Virus record (IMG/VR): IMGVR_UViG_3300023179_000149
Span: 1-52,217 of that record
Reading direction: 5' to 3' (one strand)
From: a virus
Taxonomy: Duplodnaviria; Caudoviricetes
Length of the DNA stretch: 52,217 nucleotides
In this document: piece after piece, positions 26,505-35,779 of the stretch
Position numbering within the stretch: position 1 is the stretch's first letter
How the letters are laid out: each line of letters starts with the position of its first letter
Made by a program: the position numbers and the translations under genes
The notes under the pieces: generated by a model
Databases searched by the model: none
What the model saw: only the letters and a program-made list of their open reading frames with translations
What the model was told of the DNA's origin: nothing

Positions 26505-27374
26505 ATGCTTTTATTAGCAAACCAACTAAATAAGGCCCAGGAATTAATTTATGGTCGAAAAAGGATTATTAATTGCTTGTATGCATTAAATCCAGAAAAA
26601 TTTGGAGGCTTACTAGCAACAGATATTAATTCAATTTCACTTAAAGGCTCTCAGATTATTTGTAATGTAGACGGTACCCTACTTTCATTAGAGCGTCGTC
26701 ATGTACTAAATAATTTTTTAGAGCACAGAACAAGAACACCATCATTCTTTGATTACACTGTATGGAAGAAATACAAATCTAAAGATCCAAACAATGGTAT
26801 TCCTATTGCTGCTCTTGATTACTCTTCTAATCAGGCATATCCTACTATTTCTATTAATATTGGTAGGCCACCGAAAATCTTAACTGATTCAAACGGAGAA
26901 CAAAAAATTTATTTTGTTGAAGTTAAAGATCAAAAATGTAGTTGTCCTTCCTGGACACAATTAAATAATAACAAACAAGAAATAGCAAAAGAAGTGTATC
27001 AAGTCTGTAAGGATGAATACGTACCGATTTGCAAGCATATTAGCTGGAATAATGCAAACTTAAAACTAGAAACTTTACGTTATATGGTTCAAGAACAATC
27101 AAGAAAAAGAGGATACAACTTAAATATGTGTGTATACCATTTTGATTATAAAAGTGGCCGCCTACTTTATCGTGTAACAAATGATGGAATAAAAGATAAA
27201 ATGAATTGGTTACCTAAAAATTCTTGGAAAGAACAGCAAGTTTATACTGCTGACCATAACCCAACTGGCAACTGTTGGAAGGTATTTACAAAAGCTTTAA
27301 CACATGTTCCACCTTATCAGTTGATTAAATACAGTCAATCAGTTGAATACATAATGAATCAAATTAATTCTTAA
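26505..27374 (+). CDS. SWIM zinc-finger protein
   Basis: Y.V.....CSCPSW...ICKHI. Confidence 0.7.
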   Translation: MLLLANQLNKAQELIYGRKRIINCLYALNPEKFGGLLATDINSISLKGSQIICNVDGTLLSLERRHVLNNFLEHRTRTPSFFDYTVWKKYKSKDPNNGIPIAALDYSSNQAYPTISINIGRPPKILTDSNGEQKIYFVEVKDQKCSCPSWTQLNNNKQEIAKEVYQVCKDEYVPICKHISWNNANLKLETLRYMVQEQSRKRGYNLNMCVYHFDYKSGRLLYRVTNDGIKDKMNWLPKNSWKEQQVYTADHNPTGNCWKVFTKALTHVPPYQLIKYSQSVEYIMNQINS

Positions 27375-27392
27375 CCACCATTTCTTATTATC

Positions 27393-27992
27393 ATGTCAGA
27401 CAAACAAAGCTATGTTCAACTTTCTGAATCAATTCAACACATTTCATTTTTAAAGGATCTTCCTGACACCAGTGAAGAAGATCGTGAATACCTGCAAAAA
27501 CATATTGAAGATCTTGCGTCTAGACATGAAAATAAATTTGATAACATTATAGGAATAATAAAAAAATGTGATGCTTATATTGAAGCATTAGAAAAAGAGA
27601 TGGAAGAGATAAAGAACAATAGAGATGCGTGGAAACGTAATAAAGAAAATCTTGTTAAAATTATTAAATTTGCTTATCAACAAAACCTTATTAGCAGTAC
27701 ACCAACAGGTGTGAAATACCAAGCTACTATTAAAGCTACAAAACCAAGGTTAATTGATAACTTTGAGTTGTGGTCAGACCAGGAAAAAGTAGAGTATGGA
27801 TTAAGAAAAATAACAACTCTCGTAAGAATGAAAGATGAAACTATTTTAGATGCTAAGCAAGAAGAGTTACCAGATAAGGATAGGGTTAGACAAGGCATAC
27901 TTGCAAACCAAAGTTCAGTGCCAGCAATTGCGCAATTAGTTCCCAGTTACAGCTTGATTTACGAGCGCAGAAAGCGTTTAATCTCTTCATAA
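27393..27992 (+). CDS. Siphovirus Gp157-like protein
   Basis: KFDNI..IIK.....IEALEKE...I....DA......NL...I coiled-coil pattern. Confidence 0.65.
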   Translation: MSDKQSYVQLSESIQHISFLKDLPDTSEEDREYLQKHIEDLASRHENKFDNIIGIIKKCDAYIEALEKEMEEIKNNRDAWKRNKENLVKIIKFAYQQNLISSTPTGVKYQATIKATKPRLIDNFELWSDQEKVEYGLRKITTLVRMKDETILDAKQEELPDKDRVRQGILANQSSVPAIAQLVPSYSLIYERRKRLISS

Positions 27993-28075
27993 CAACATGT
28001 AGAAATAATAAGATCTCTTGTTAAAAAGTAAGGGGTCTTCTATCCTGCCTATGTACCACTTTCTGAACTTTTATT

Positions 28076-28210
28076 ATGGTTGTAACAAGGCCTCAAGAAA
28101 AACAAGCTAAATTTTCCAACCCTAACGGAAATAAAAAATTCTATGATTCAATGAAAAATTTGTTATCAGAAGTCGTGTCTGAGAATTTCCAAGTAAAGGG
28201 AGGTAAATAA
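28076..28210 (+). CDS. 44-aa protein
   Basis: Manual translation MVVTRPQEKQAKF...QVKGGK; TAATG coupling. Confidence 0.5.
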   Translation: MVVTRPQEKQAKFSNPNGNKKFYDSMKNLLSEVVSENFQVKGGK

Positions 28211-28413
28211 TGGACACCCAAAAAAAATATTTAACATGCGATGAAGAAGGTGTTCTGACGTTACCGGACGAACTACTAAGTAAAATGGGATGGGAAGAAG
28301 GAACCTTGTTGGATTTTGCAATACAAAAAAATGGTACTATTATTGTGACAGCAATTGAAGAGGATAATGAAGAAGCTTTATCGGGACAGGTTAAGAAGAA
28401 GATTACTTCTTAA
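28210..28413 (+). CDS. AbrB/MazE-type DNA-binding protein
   Basis: GVLTLPDELLSKMGWEEGTLLDF.....GTIIV. Confidence 0.8.
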   Translation: MDTQKKYLTCDEEGVLTLPDELLSKMGWEEGTLLDFAIQKNGTIIVTAIEEDNEEALSGQVKKKITS

Positions 28414-28537
28414 TATTATCTCTTTTATTGGGCAAAATAAAACCGATGAATATATATACGGTTATGAACAATGCCTTAAAGACGTAGTTAATTATCTAGA
28501 AGAAACAGAGTTATATATAAATAATTCTGTTGAGTAA
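28367..28537 (+). CDS. Hypothetical protein
   Basis: EYIYGYEQCLKD pattern. Confidence 0.5.
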   Translation: MKKLYRDRLRRRLLLNIISFIGQNKTDEYIYGYEQCLKDVVNYLEETELYINNSVE

Positions 28538-28555
28538 GGTTCACTTATTTAAACC

Positions 28556-28597
28556 ATCCGCCTTCTTCTACCAGAAAGGGGGCGGATTTTTGTTTTT
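28556..28597 (+). terminator. Intrinsic terminator
   Basis: ATCCGCCTTC...GGGGGCGGAT followed by a T-tract. Confidence 0.75.
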
Positions 28598-28673
28598 ATT
28601 CATTTTTAATCCAGTAAGTGGGTGAAGCTCTGAGTGTATGGAAGTATGCTGATAAAGCAGTCGAAACTCAGTC

Positions 28674-28904
28674 ATGAGAGACGTAAAAAAGTTTAAGTAT
28701 CGCGGCACAGCCTCTGAACTCTTGCCTTCAATTGATTTTGAAGGCTATGAAATTAAATGCTTGAGGCACGGCAGCACTAACCACATTTTGTATTGTTACC
28801 CCAGGTTGGAGGACGGGGAGCCCTGCTGGGGCATGGACCTTGAAACCGCTAAAAAAGGAGTCATTAAAACAAAAAAACAAGCAGCAAAGAATATAGAAAA
28901 TTAG
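28674..28904 (+). CDS. Hypothetical protein
   Basis: ORF track. Confidence 0.65.
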   Translation: MRDVKKFKYRGTASELLPSIDFEGYEIKCLRHGSTNHILYCYPRLEDGEPCWGMDLETAKKGVIKTKKQAAKNIEN

Positions 28905-28975
28905 TTATCCCTGTATTTCTTGGGGAATAAACTCCTATAGAATCAAAAAGTAACTTTAATTACGGAATAAACACA

Positions 28976-29239
28976 GTGGCAAGACCGAGTATGAACCATG
29001 AAGCACTCATGGATGATCTGGCTTACCAGATTCATGAGTTCCTATTGGAAGAAGCAACCGAGTATAAAGGCGATCACTTAGTACTTATTCCAGTAACTGC
29101 TATTGTAAAAAAGTTTGAACGTAATCATAGAACAATTGCCAGGCGTTTGTCCGCTTTGAAAGAGCATGGTTTATTGCTACCTATAATTAAGAAGGATTAC
29201 ACTACTCTTTATTACGTTAAAGAGGAAGAAGAAAACTAA
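28976..29239 (+). CDS. Winged-helix DNA-binding protein
   Basis: IPVTAIVKKFERNHRTIARRLSALKEHGLL. Confidence 0.7.
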   Translation: MARPSMNHEALMDDLAYQIHEFLLEEATEYKGDHLVLIPVTAIVKKFERNHRTIARRLSALKEHGLLLPIIKKDYTTLYYVKEEEEN

Positions 29240-29547
29240 TGATCCAAGAACCAGAACAAAACAAAAACAACTCAGCGGCAGACATAGCTTATCTTCTGGC
29301 TTCGTTTACGGATAACGGTAGGTCGCTGCGTTCATTTATAAATCATCCCCAGGAACTTGCAATCTGTGTTTTGACTGCTGGATTGCTTGCTAACTCAAAG
29401 CTAATGATTAGCCCAGAGGATGCAGTAAAAAGTAGTTTTAATATTTATAGTAAAATTCAAAGTCACGTTGCAAAATATCAAAACATGCAGTTTGCTAATA
29501 ACATTGAAAATTGTTTTGATCGTGCTCCTGAAATTGATGGGGATTAA
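29239..29547 (+). CDS. Hypothetical protein
   Basis: TAATG coupling. Confidence 0.7.
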   Translation: MIQEPEQNKNNSAADIAYLLASFTDNGRSLRSFINHPQELAICVLTAGLLANSKLMISPEDAVKSSFNIYSKIQSHVAKYQNMQFANNIENCFDRAPEIDGD

Positions 29548-29928
29548 TTAAACATTTATTTGTTTTGTAGCGCGATTAAAAACTTTAATTACGCTCGATT
29601 CTGCTTCAAATTCTTCTTTTAATAAAGTACATGCAGCATCTGGGTCCGTATGTTTGCCGCAAGTAAATACATCAACCGCTACATAACTCAATTCAGGCCA
29701 CGTGTGAAGTGCTATGTGTGACTCAGATAAAAGTGCTAATGCTGTAACACCTTGTGGTTGAAATTTATGCGCAATCAACTGAAGCAAAGTTGCTCCCGAA
29801 CGAATAACAGCTTTTTCAATAGCATTTTTTACAAAAATTTCATCATCTAGATGTATTGGATTGCACCTATATGCATCAAGTATGCAGTGTCGTCCTAAGG
29901 TTTCCAGCTCATACACTTTTTTGCACAC
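29548..29928 (-). CDS. speD: S-adenosylmethionine decarboxylase
   Basis: HKFQPQGVT..ALLSESH...HTWPE...VDVFTCG. Confidence 0.96.
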   Translation of the reverse strand: MCKKVYELETLGRHCILDAYRCNPIHLDDEIFVKNAIEKAVIRSGATLLQLIAHKFQPQGVTALALLSESHIALHTWPELSYVAVDVFTCGKHTDPDAACTLLKEEFEAESSVIKVFNRATKQINV

Positions 29929-29995
29929 ACATTTTTAGTTATTCTAAGGTCCGAAATCCTTGTAAAAACAGAAAAATCTGTTACCTTTTGAAGAG

Positions 29996-30931
29996 GTGGG
30001 AGATTTTATGTATGCAGTTTGTACTGATATTGATGTCCAGGTACTGGAAAGCTTTTGTTTAGAGCGCAAAATTCACCCCGTGTACTCTCGAACTGCGCCA
30101 CATGTGCAGTTCTTGCAGTACCAAAGCGACGGAGACACAAGGTTAACCATTAACGGGAGTCGTCATTACAAGACTCCTTACGGTACTTTACCGTCTGTAA
30201 CTACAATCTTGTCTGCAACAGGGGGTAATAAAGTAGCACTTGAACGGTGGGCGAAAAATAATCCAGGTGGTCGAGAAGCTGCTGCAGCAAGGGGTACAAA
30301 AGTCCATGGACTCATGGAAAATTATTTATTAGGCATTGATAAAAATCCCGTCATTGAAGATGAGGAAATTCAAGCCTTCTGGAACGGCCTTCCCCAAAAA
30401 CTAGACAAGCTTGGTCGAATATTATGGGCAGAAAATCCTGTCGGTGACAACTTTTCTTGGACAATAGGAGGTGACGGTGTTAGCAGAGTCTGGCACCCAG
30501 GAGTACATGAGACAGAAAACTGGGGATGGGCTGGTGCTCCTGATATTGTGGCTGAATACAAAGGAAAAATTGTTTTAGGCGACCTAAAAACATCAAACGG
30601 GCCTTATTACAGTAGGTGGCCGGGGGCGGAAACATTGAAAAGTGAGTATGCCATGCGGCGTTCTGGGTTCATGAAGTACCAAAAATGCATGTTGCAAATG
30701 GGTGCCTATGCAATGGGCCTAGAACACACTATAGGAGTAGTACCTGAGATACTAATGATATTTGTTGCGACCAGAGATCGTACACAGGTTTTTGCCGTGC
30801 AAAGCGGGACAATTGAGAAATATAAATCCAAGTGGCTGGAAACTGTTGCTAAATATTATTCTGAGATTTTGCCGTCTCAAAATGAAATTGATATGGAGGT
30901 CATAGACGGGGACAAGTTGGAAACAAATTAA
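29996..30931 (+). CDS. PD-(D/E)xK (Cas4/RecB-like) exonuclease
   Basis: PSVTTIL, RGT.VH, AG..D, DLKTS, Q..AY; start uncertain. Confidence 0.85.
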   Translation: MGDFMYAVCTDIDVQVLESFCLERKIHPVYSRTAPHVQFLQYQSDGDTRLTINGSRHYKTPYGTLPSVTTILSATGGNKVALERWAKNNPGGREAAAARGTKVHGLMENYLLGIDKNPVIEDEEIQAFWNGLPQKLDKLGRILWAENPVGDNFSWTIGGDGVSRVWHPGVHETENWGWAGAPDIVAEYKGKIVLGDLKTSNGPYYSRWPGAETLKSEYAMRRSGFMKYQKCMLQMGAYAMGLEHTIGVVPEILMIFVATRDRTQVFAVQSGTIEKYKSKWLETVAKYYSEILPSQNEIDMEVIDGDKLETN

Positions 30932-30990
30932 TGATAGGTTTATGCGCTGTAACTTGAAATTTGTAAGAACTGCACGTAGACTGGGTTGAT

Positions 30991-33582
30991 ATGTCCCTCC
31001 CCTCTATGGATCCCAGGCCACCTAAAAGGGACTTGAATCCTGGAGAAATAAATTTAGAGCTAATTCCTAAGGATTGGGCGCTAACCCCTCTTAACGGTAA
31101 AAGAGCTTACGTAGGTGGATGGACAACCAATCCATACACCCTTAATCAAATCAAAGAAGAATTAGATGCGGGGCGTGCAACAGGGGTAGGTCTGTTAAGC
31201 GGTCAGCACTGTAACGAATACGGTTTGATTTGGGTTGATATTGATGGTGAGGAGGCTATACCAGTTATTGAAGCTTTAGGTGGAGGTCCAATTGACGCTA
31301 TTTTCCCTCCTACTTTAACTATAACCAGTGGGAAGCCTGGTAAGTCCAGAATGTTATTCCGTGTTCCAAGCGGAAAAATAGATCTGCTGCCAGACAAAGC
31401 AACTTTAAAATTAGATAAAGCCCCATGGGAAATCCTCTGGCGCAGCAGGCAAGGTGCATTAATGGGTGCACACCCTGATACAAACGGTTACTGCACAGGT
31501 AAACACGGCGGCTTTGAACACGTCAAAAACCTACCGGAAATGCCAGACTGGTTATATAAAGAAATTAGTAATGCATATCCATCAAGTAAATATAGAAGAA
31601 AAACAGCAGGTCCTGGTTCATTATTGACACAAAATATTACTTTAAGTTATGAAGAAGATAGTCAATATCATTTAGAATCTATTCTTGAAGATGTAATTGA
31701 ATACCTTCAAGCTTTATCTCCAGAAAGAGCAGATTCTTATGAAGAATGGATAGCAGTTGGTATGGCTTTACATCAAATTGATGATACTCTTCTTGATGAC
31801 TGGATTGAATGGTCTAAGCAATCTGAATCTTTTCAAGAAGGTTGTTGTGAAGAAAAATGGGCGTCATTCGAAAGGCTTCCAGGAGGACCAAACCCTGAAG
31901 GCGCCAGGGGTTTAAAAACATTACGAGCAAAAGCAAAAGAAGACGGGTTCATTGATATGCACGGATTTACTGTTCCAAATATTGAGGAAGTTGCTAAAAA
32001 AATTGCCGCAGAACATAATGAAGCATTTGCTGATTACTTAAAAACTAATTGTGATTCAGAATATTTTGAAGATATAGATGAAAATTATATATCTGAAGTA
32101 AATAATTTTTTAAATGCAGCTGGTTCCAAAAATAAAGATAGTAAAAAATCTGCTCGTAACCCGCCTCCATCTGAAATTGCGGATTTTGTTATGCCGCTTT
32201 GCAGGAAGAACGGTTGGCTGTATGATCCAAGGTTCGACGTATTCATGCGCTATGACGAAAAACGTGGGATCTGGTCTCGGCAAGAGTACAGTAAAGACTT
32301 TAAGCACGAAATTCAATTTACACTTTGTAATTTATCGCTCCCTGGTGGTTATAGTAATAACCTTATTAATGATGTTTGCGGACTCCTCGAGGGTCACCTT
32401 GCGCATTCAGACTGGAATGATGATGCGTCTTTACTTGCCTTCCGTAACGGTGTTCTTGAACTCGATTCGGGTAACTTCCTAGAACATAACCGCAGCAACT
32501 ACATTACCTGGGGACTTGATTTTGATTACAACCCCCAAGCCCTACCAGGTCCTATTGTTGATTGGTTATCGCGGACCCAGTATGGCGATAATGACCGCGT
32601 ACAAGTACTTAGAGCCTGGTTAAGAGCGTGTTTAGTTGGGCGCGGTAATGAATTACAACGTTTTCTTGAGGTTATTGGGCCTGGTGGTCGCGGTAAATCT
32701 ACTTACGCCAACTTATGTTGCGCCATGGTTGGTGCTGGTAACTATGCCAGTACGTCATTAAATCAATTAGAGCAAAGTAGATTTGAATTATCTTCTATTA
32801 AAGATAAGCGGTTGACATTAATAAATGACTCGGAACGTTATGGCGGTTCAGCCCAAACATTTAAAGCGTTAACTGGTGGAGATTCTTTACGTTATGAAGA
32901 GAAATTGAAGGCAATTGGCGAACCATTTGTGTACACAGGAATGGTCATGGTTGCAGCTAATGAACCTATTCAAACTACGGATAATACCAGTGGATTGGCA
33001 CGTAGAAGGCTGACAATTGAATTCAACCGTAAACTTTATGATAAAAGTAGTGAAGCTAAAGATATGATTAAGATTAATAAGGGGCGAATTAGCGGTAACT
33101 GGAAAGATTACTTACCAGGGCTTGTTAATTGGGTGCTTGAAATGGATGAAAAATCAATGCGCCGTTACCTTCTTGATACCACCGAAATGGTTCCTGCACT
33201 ACGGCGTGTGCGAAATAACATCCTTCTCAGTAGTAATAATTTAATAGAATGGTTACAATCAGAAGTTGTACTTTCTGCCAATAGTGTTTCTGCTGTAGGT
33301 AAAAAAGTACCAGCAGCTAAAGATAGTAATACCCGTTATTACAATACACATACTCAGCTATATCCTAGTTACTGTGAACACTGTGATTCAACAGGATCTA
33401 AACCTGTAGGTCAAAAAAGATTTGTTAATCTATTGCAGGATTGTTGTAAGAATCAGCTTGGATTAGAAGGTGTGAATGTGTTTAATAAAGCAGGTCGTAC
33501 TTTCTTTAAAGGTATTGCAATTCGTGCTTCTGATCAGGCTTATATAGATCTACCTACTATTCTTCCTGAGGGCAAGGATTAG
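30991..33582 (+). CDS. Primase-helicase: Prim-Pol + PriCT-2 + D5_N + SF3 helicase
   Basis: WVDIDG; YEEWIAVGMALH...W.EWS..S...KW.SF; AFRNGVL; Walker A GPGGRGKST; K.LTGGD; AAN. Confidence 0.92.
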   Translation: MSLPSMDPRPPKRDLNPGEINLELIPKDWALTPLNGKRAYVGGWTTNPYTLNQIKEELDAGRATGVGLLSGQHCNEYGLIWVDIDGEEAIPVIEALGGGPIDAIFPPTLTITSGKPGKSRMLFRVPSGKIDLLPDKATLKLDKAPWEILWRSRQGALMGAHPDTNGYCTGKHGGFEHVKNLPEMPDWLYKEISNAYPSSKYRRKTAGPGSLLTQNITLSYEEDSQYHLESILEDVIEYLQALSPERADSYEEWIAVGMALHQIDDTLLDDWIEWSKQSESFQEGCCEEKWASFERLPGGPNPEGARGLKTLRAKAKEDGFIDMHGFTVPNIEEVAKKIAAEHNEAFADYLKTNCDSEYFEDIDENYISEVNNFLNAAGSKNKDSKKSARNPPPSEIADFVMPLCRKNGWLYDPRFDVFMRYDEKRGIWSRQEYSKDFKHEIQFTLCNLSLPGGYSNNLINDVCGLLEGHLAHSDWNDDASLLAFRNGVLELDSGNFLEHNRSNYITWGLDFDYNPQALPGPIVDWLSRTQYGDNDRVQVLRAWLRACLVGRGNELQRFLEVIGPGGRGKSTYANLCCAMVGAGNYASTSLNQLEQSRFELSSIKDKRLTLINDSERYGGSAQTFKALTGGDSLRYEEKLKAIGEPFVYTGMVMVAANEPIQTTDNTSGLARRRLTIEFNRKLYDKSSEAKDMIKINKGRISGNWKDYLPGLVNWVLEMDEKSMRRYLLDTTEMVPALRRVRNNILLSSNNLIEWLQSEVVLSANSVSAVGKKVPAAKDSNTRYYNTHTQLYPSYCEHCDSTGSKPVGQKRFVNLLQDCCKNQLGLEGVNVFNKAGRTFFKGIAIRASDQAYIDLPTILPEGKD

Positions 33583-33727
33583 TAGGTATTTTGTTTTTAG
33601 GCTGAGCCCAGGTTGTGTCGTTCGGTATTACTTCTGTTCCGTATTCCCAATCATCGTAACTGTCTAAATTCCTTAGTATTTTAGCAAGACTTTCAATAAG
33701 TTTGTGCTCATCGGGTGTTAAGTTCAT
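33557..33727 (-). CDS. 56-aa protein
   Basis: Manual translation MNLTPDEHKLIESLAKILRNLDSYDDWEYGTEVIPND...; ATGA overlap with the upstream gene. Confidence 0.6.
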   Translation of the reverse strand: MNLTPDEHKLIESLAKILRNLDSYDDWEYGTEVIPNDTTWAQPKNKIPTNPCPQEE

Positions 33728-34230
33728 ACTCCCCTCATGTATTGTTTGACAGTTATTGGTCCCAGCCCAAAAGACCTTCGTAGTTCATTTACACGGTTGA
33801 CTTGCGTTTCCACAGGGGCTATAGGGTAATTACCCTTAACTGGTACATCATCAATCGGTATAGGTTTTGGTCCAATTTCAAATGAGTTGGCAATAGGTCC
33901 GCCCTGTTCTTGAGCATACTTATGTTTGAAACTAAATGAAGGAATGTCTGTACCCTCCTGACTGTAATCTTGAACGCCACGGGCATATTGTTGAAGAAAG
34001 CCAAAAGCCTCATTCCCCTCAGTGTTTCCTTCTGCTAAAGGAACATAGGCGCCTTTAGGAAGCATTGGATTTGCTCCTGGTTTCTTATCTGGATTATTAC
34101 GATACCACTCGGCAGGTTTTATGCCATATGTTTTATGCATCCAGTTATATAAATCTTCATTAACCTGTGATTTTTCCTGAGCTAAGTCACCAAAATTAGC
34201 ATACGAAGTAGGGAAATCGTTATCAATCAT
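33724..34230 (-). CDS. Hypothetical late protein
   Basis: Coupled operon; FLQQY motif. Confidence 0.7.
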   Translation of the reverse strand: MIDNDFPTSYANFGDLAQEKSQVNEDLYNWMHKTYGIKPAEWYRNNPDKKPGANPMLPKGAYVPLAEGNTEGNEAFGFLQQYARGVQDYSQEGTDIPSFSFKHKYAQEQGGPIANSFEIGPKPIPIDDVPVKGNYPIAPVETQVNRVNELRRSFGLGPITVKQYMRGV

Positions 34231-34466
34231 TATTGCCCCAGGGTATGTAAGAACTGAGTTACGCGGTCCCCTATTGGCATTTGAGAAGAAGCATTCTGGG
34301 GATTAATTTTTTTAGCTGCCTCACGGTTAGCCTCTTGATATTGGTTGCTAACCATCCGACCTTGATTGGACCAGCCACCAGGTAGCATTCCCTGTCGTTG
34401 CACCCCGTCAACAACCCCCATCTGACTATAGTCAAATCCAGATGGGGCGCACTGCTGGTTCATCAT
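34230..34466 (-). CDS. Gln/Gly-rich small late protein
   Basis: Coupled operon. Confidence 0.7.
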   Translation of the reverse strand: MMNQQCAPSGFDYSQMGVVDGVQRQGMLPGGWSNQGRMVSNQYQEANREAAKKINPQNASSQMPIGDRVTQFLHTLGQ

Positions 34467-35221
34467 TTACCTTGTCCAACCTCTGTCAACATTCTAAGGA
34501 AATTTTGAACTTTTTCATTAGTGCTCTCAGGAGCAATGCCTTCCATTTCTGGTTGCTCTATCTGAACCGGTTGCTGCCCTTCTAGAGGTAAAGTTCCAAT
34601 TACCCCTGTAGATGGCATATCTCCATAATCACGATACCTATTGCTGAAGTAATCTGCTGACTGATCATAACCAGGCTGACCTGATTTTAGCTTGGCTGCA
34701 AGACCTGGATTTGATTGTGCCCATATCTGTAATCCTAATTGTTCCTTAGATGGCCCAGCAACCGTGTTCATGTAACGTGAAAGCTCAGCCCTGTATTGAT
34801 CGCTTTGTGTTGGGTCTGCGGTAACGCCGTCCCGTGTCCCTAGAACAATAGGAACAACGCCTGGCCCTAATCCAGTTCCACCGCCCGTATTGAGGTTTTG
34901 TACTGGCGGTTTAAAGTTACCTTTAAACGCATCAGTAACCATTCTATTAGCAGCTTCGATAGCAGCAATCCTCTTAGCGCCTTCCAGAAGGCTTAGGTTT
35001 GGCTGTTCTTTAACTGATCTAAGTTTGTTAGAAGCATAGTTATACGCTCCAGGTGACATTAAATTTTGACCAGCGTTGATTCCAGTGGTTATGCCAGACG
35101 CCCACGTAGGTAAATTTAACCCTTGCTTTATATCCGGAAATCTACTTGAAAGTGCTGATTTTACAGCCTCCTTTGCTGCATATTTTTGAACGTCTTGTAG
35201 AAACTGACTATTAACCGGCAT
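34463..35221 (-). CDS. Gly/Gln-rich putative virion protein
   Basis: Start reassigned to ATG 35221 (MPVNSQFLQD); the upstream part is antisense to another gene. Confidence 0.7.
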   Translation of the reverse strand: MPVNSQFLQDVQKYAAKEAVKSALSSRFPDIKQGLNLPTWASGITTGINAGQNLMSPGAYNYASNKLRSVKEQPNLSLLEGAKRIAAIEAANRMVTDAFKGNFKPPVQNLNTGGGTGLGPGVVPIVLGTRDGVTADPTQSDQYRAELSRYMNTVAGPSKEQLGLQIWAQSNPGLAAKLKSGQPGYDQSADYFSNRYRDYGDMPSTGVIGTLPLEGQQPVQIEQPEMEGIAPESTNEKVQNFLRMLTEVGQGK

Positions 35222-35267
35222 GACTACACTTAGCTTTCTTACAATAATACTATCCAAAAACTTTTGT

Positions 35268-35465
35268 ATGTCAGAAATTCTTGTGAAAAAATACGATACT
35301 GGTGTAAAAATATTTAAAACCAAGGACACAAAAGGTTTTGACATGTACTTAACTTGTAAGCCTAGTGGTGATATTTGCCGTTGTTCCAGTTCTTTGTATA
35401 TTGCAACTACATATGCGGAAAACTTCAACATTATTGAAAGAAAAGAACCATGGCCGGACGCTTGA
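35268..35465 (+). CDS. Hypothetical protein
   Basis: MSEILVKKY...Y.TC.....CR.SS.L. Confidence 0.55.
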   Translation: MSEILVKKYDTGVKIFKTKDTKGFDMYLTCKPSGDICRCSSSLYIATTYAENFNIIERKEPWPDA

Positions 35466-35472
35466 AGTTGGT

Positions 35473-35486
35473 AGTACAAATGTTCT
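35473..35486. promoter_or_regulatory. Cyanobacterial LexA-box-like site
   Basis: AGTACAAATGTTCT matches RGTACNNNDGTWCB; intergenic. Confidence 0.55.
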
Positions 35487-35579
35487 TAAAATGAGTTGAT
35501 AGGGTTCTAACATTGGGTGACAATCGGCTGCAGTGCAATAGGTTTGGCTGACGAGTTAAGCAATTTGTAATAAAGTGTC

Positions 35580-35695
35580 GCCGCCCATAACTCCTATAGA
35601 GAAAAAAAGAGGTCTTGCCTTGCACACAGCGATAGGGTTGTTATGGTGTCTGTTAGGCAGTAACCCTTTTTTTCTCTATAGTAATTAAGAGCGGC
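35580..35695. repeat. Long inverted repeat with a perfect 16-bp core
   Basis: CTATAGAGAAAAAAAG (35594-35609) / CTTTTTTTCTCTATAG (35666-35681); outer GCCGC/GCGGC; inner TGCCT/AGGCA. Confidence 0.85.
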
Positions 35696-35779
35696 ATCAG
35701 ATTTTTCGGTTTACATGGGGGCAACCTTGACATCCATTGCAGCGCAGGCTATTGTCAAGCAGCGCAAAACCCTATCAAC

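Noticed and set aside
35222-35479. N-terminal 86 aa of the 338-aa ORF
   Set aside because: Overlaps a plausible plus-strand gene; composition changes at Met 35221, which has its own -10-like site.
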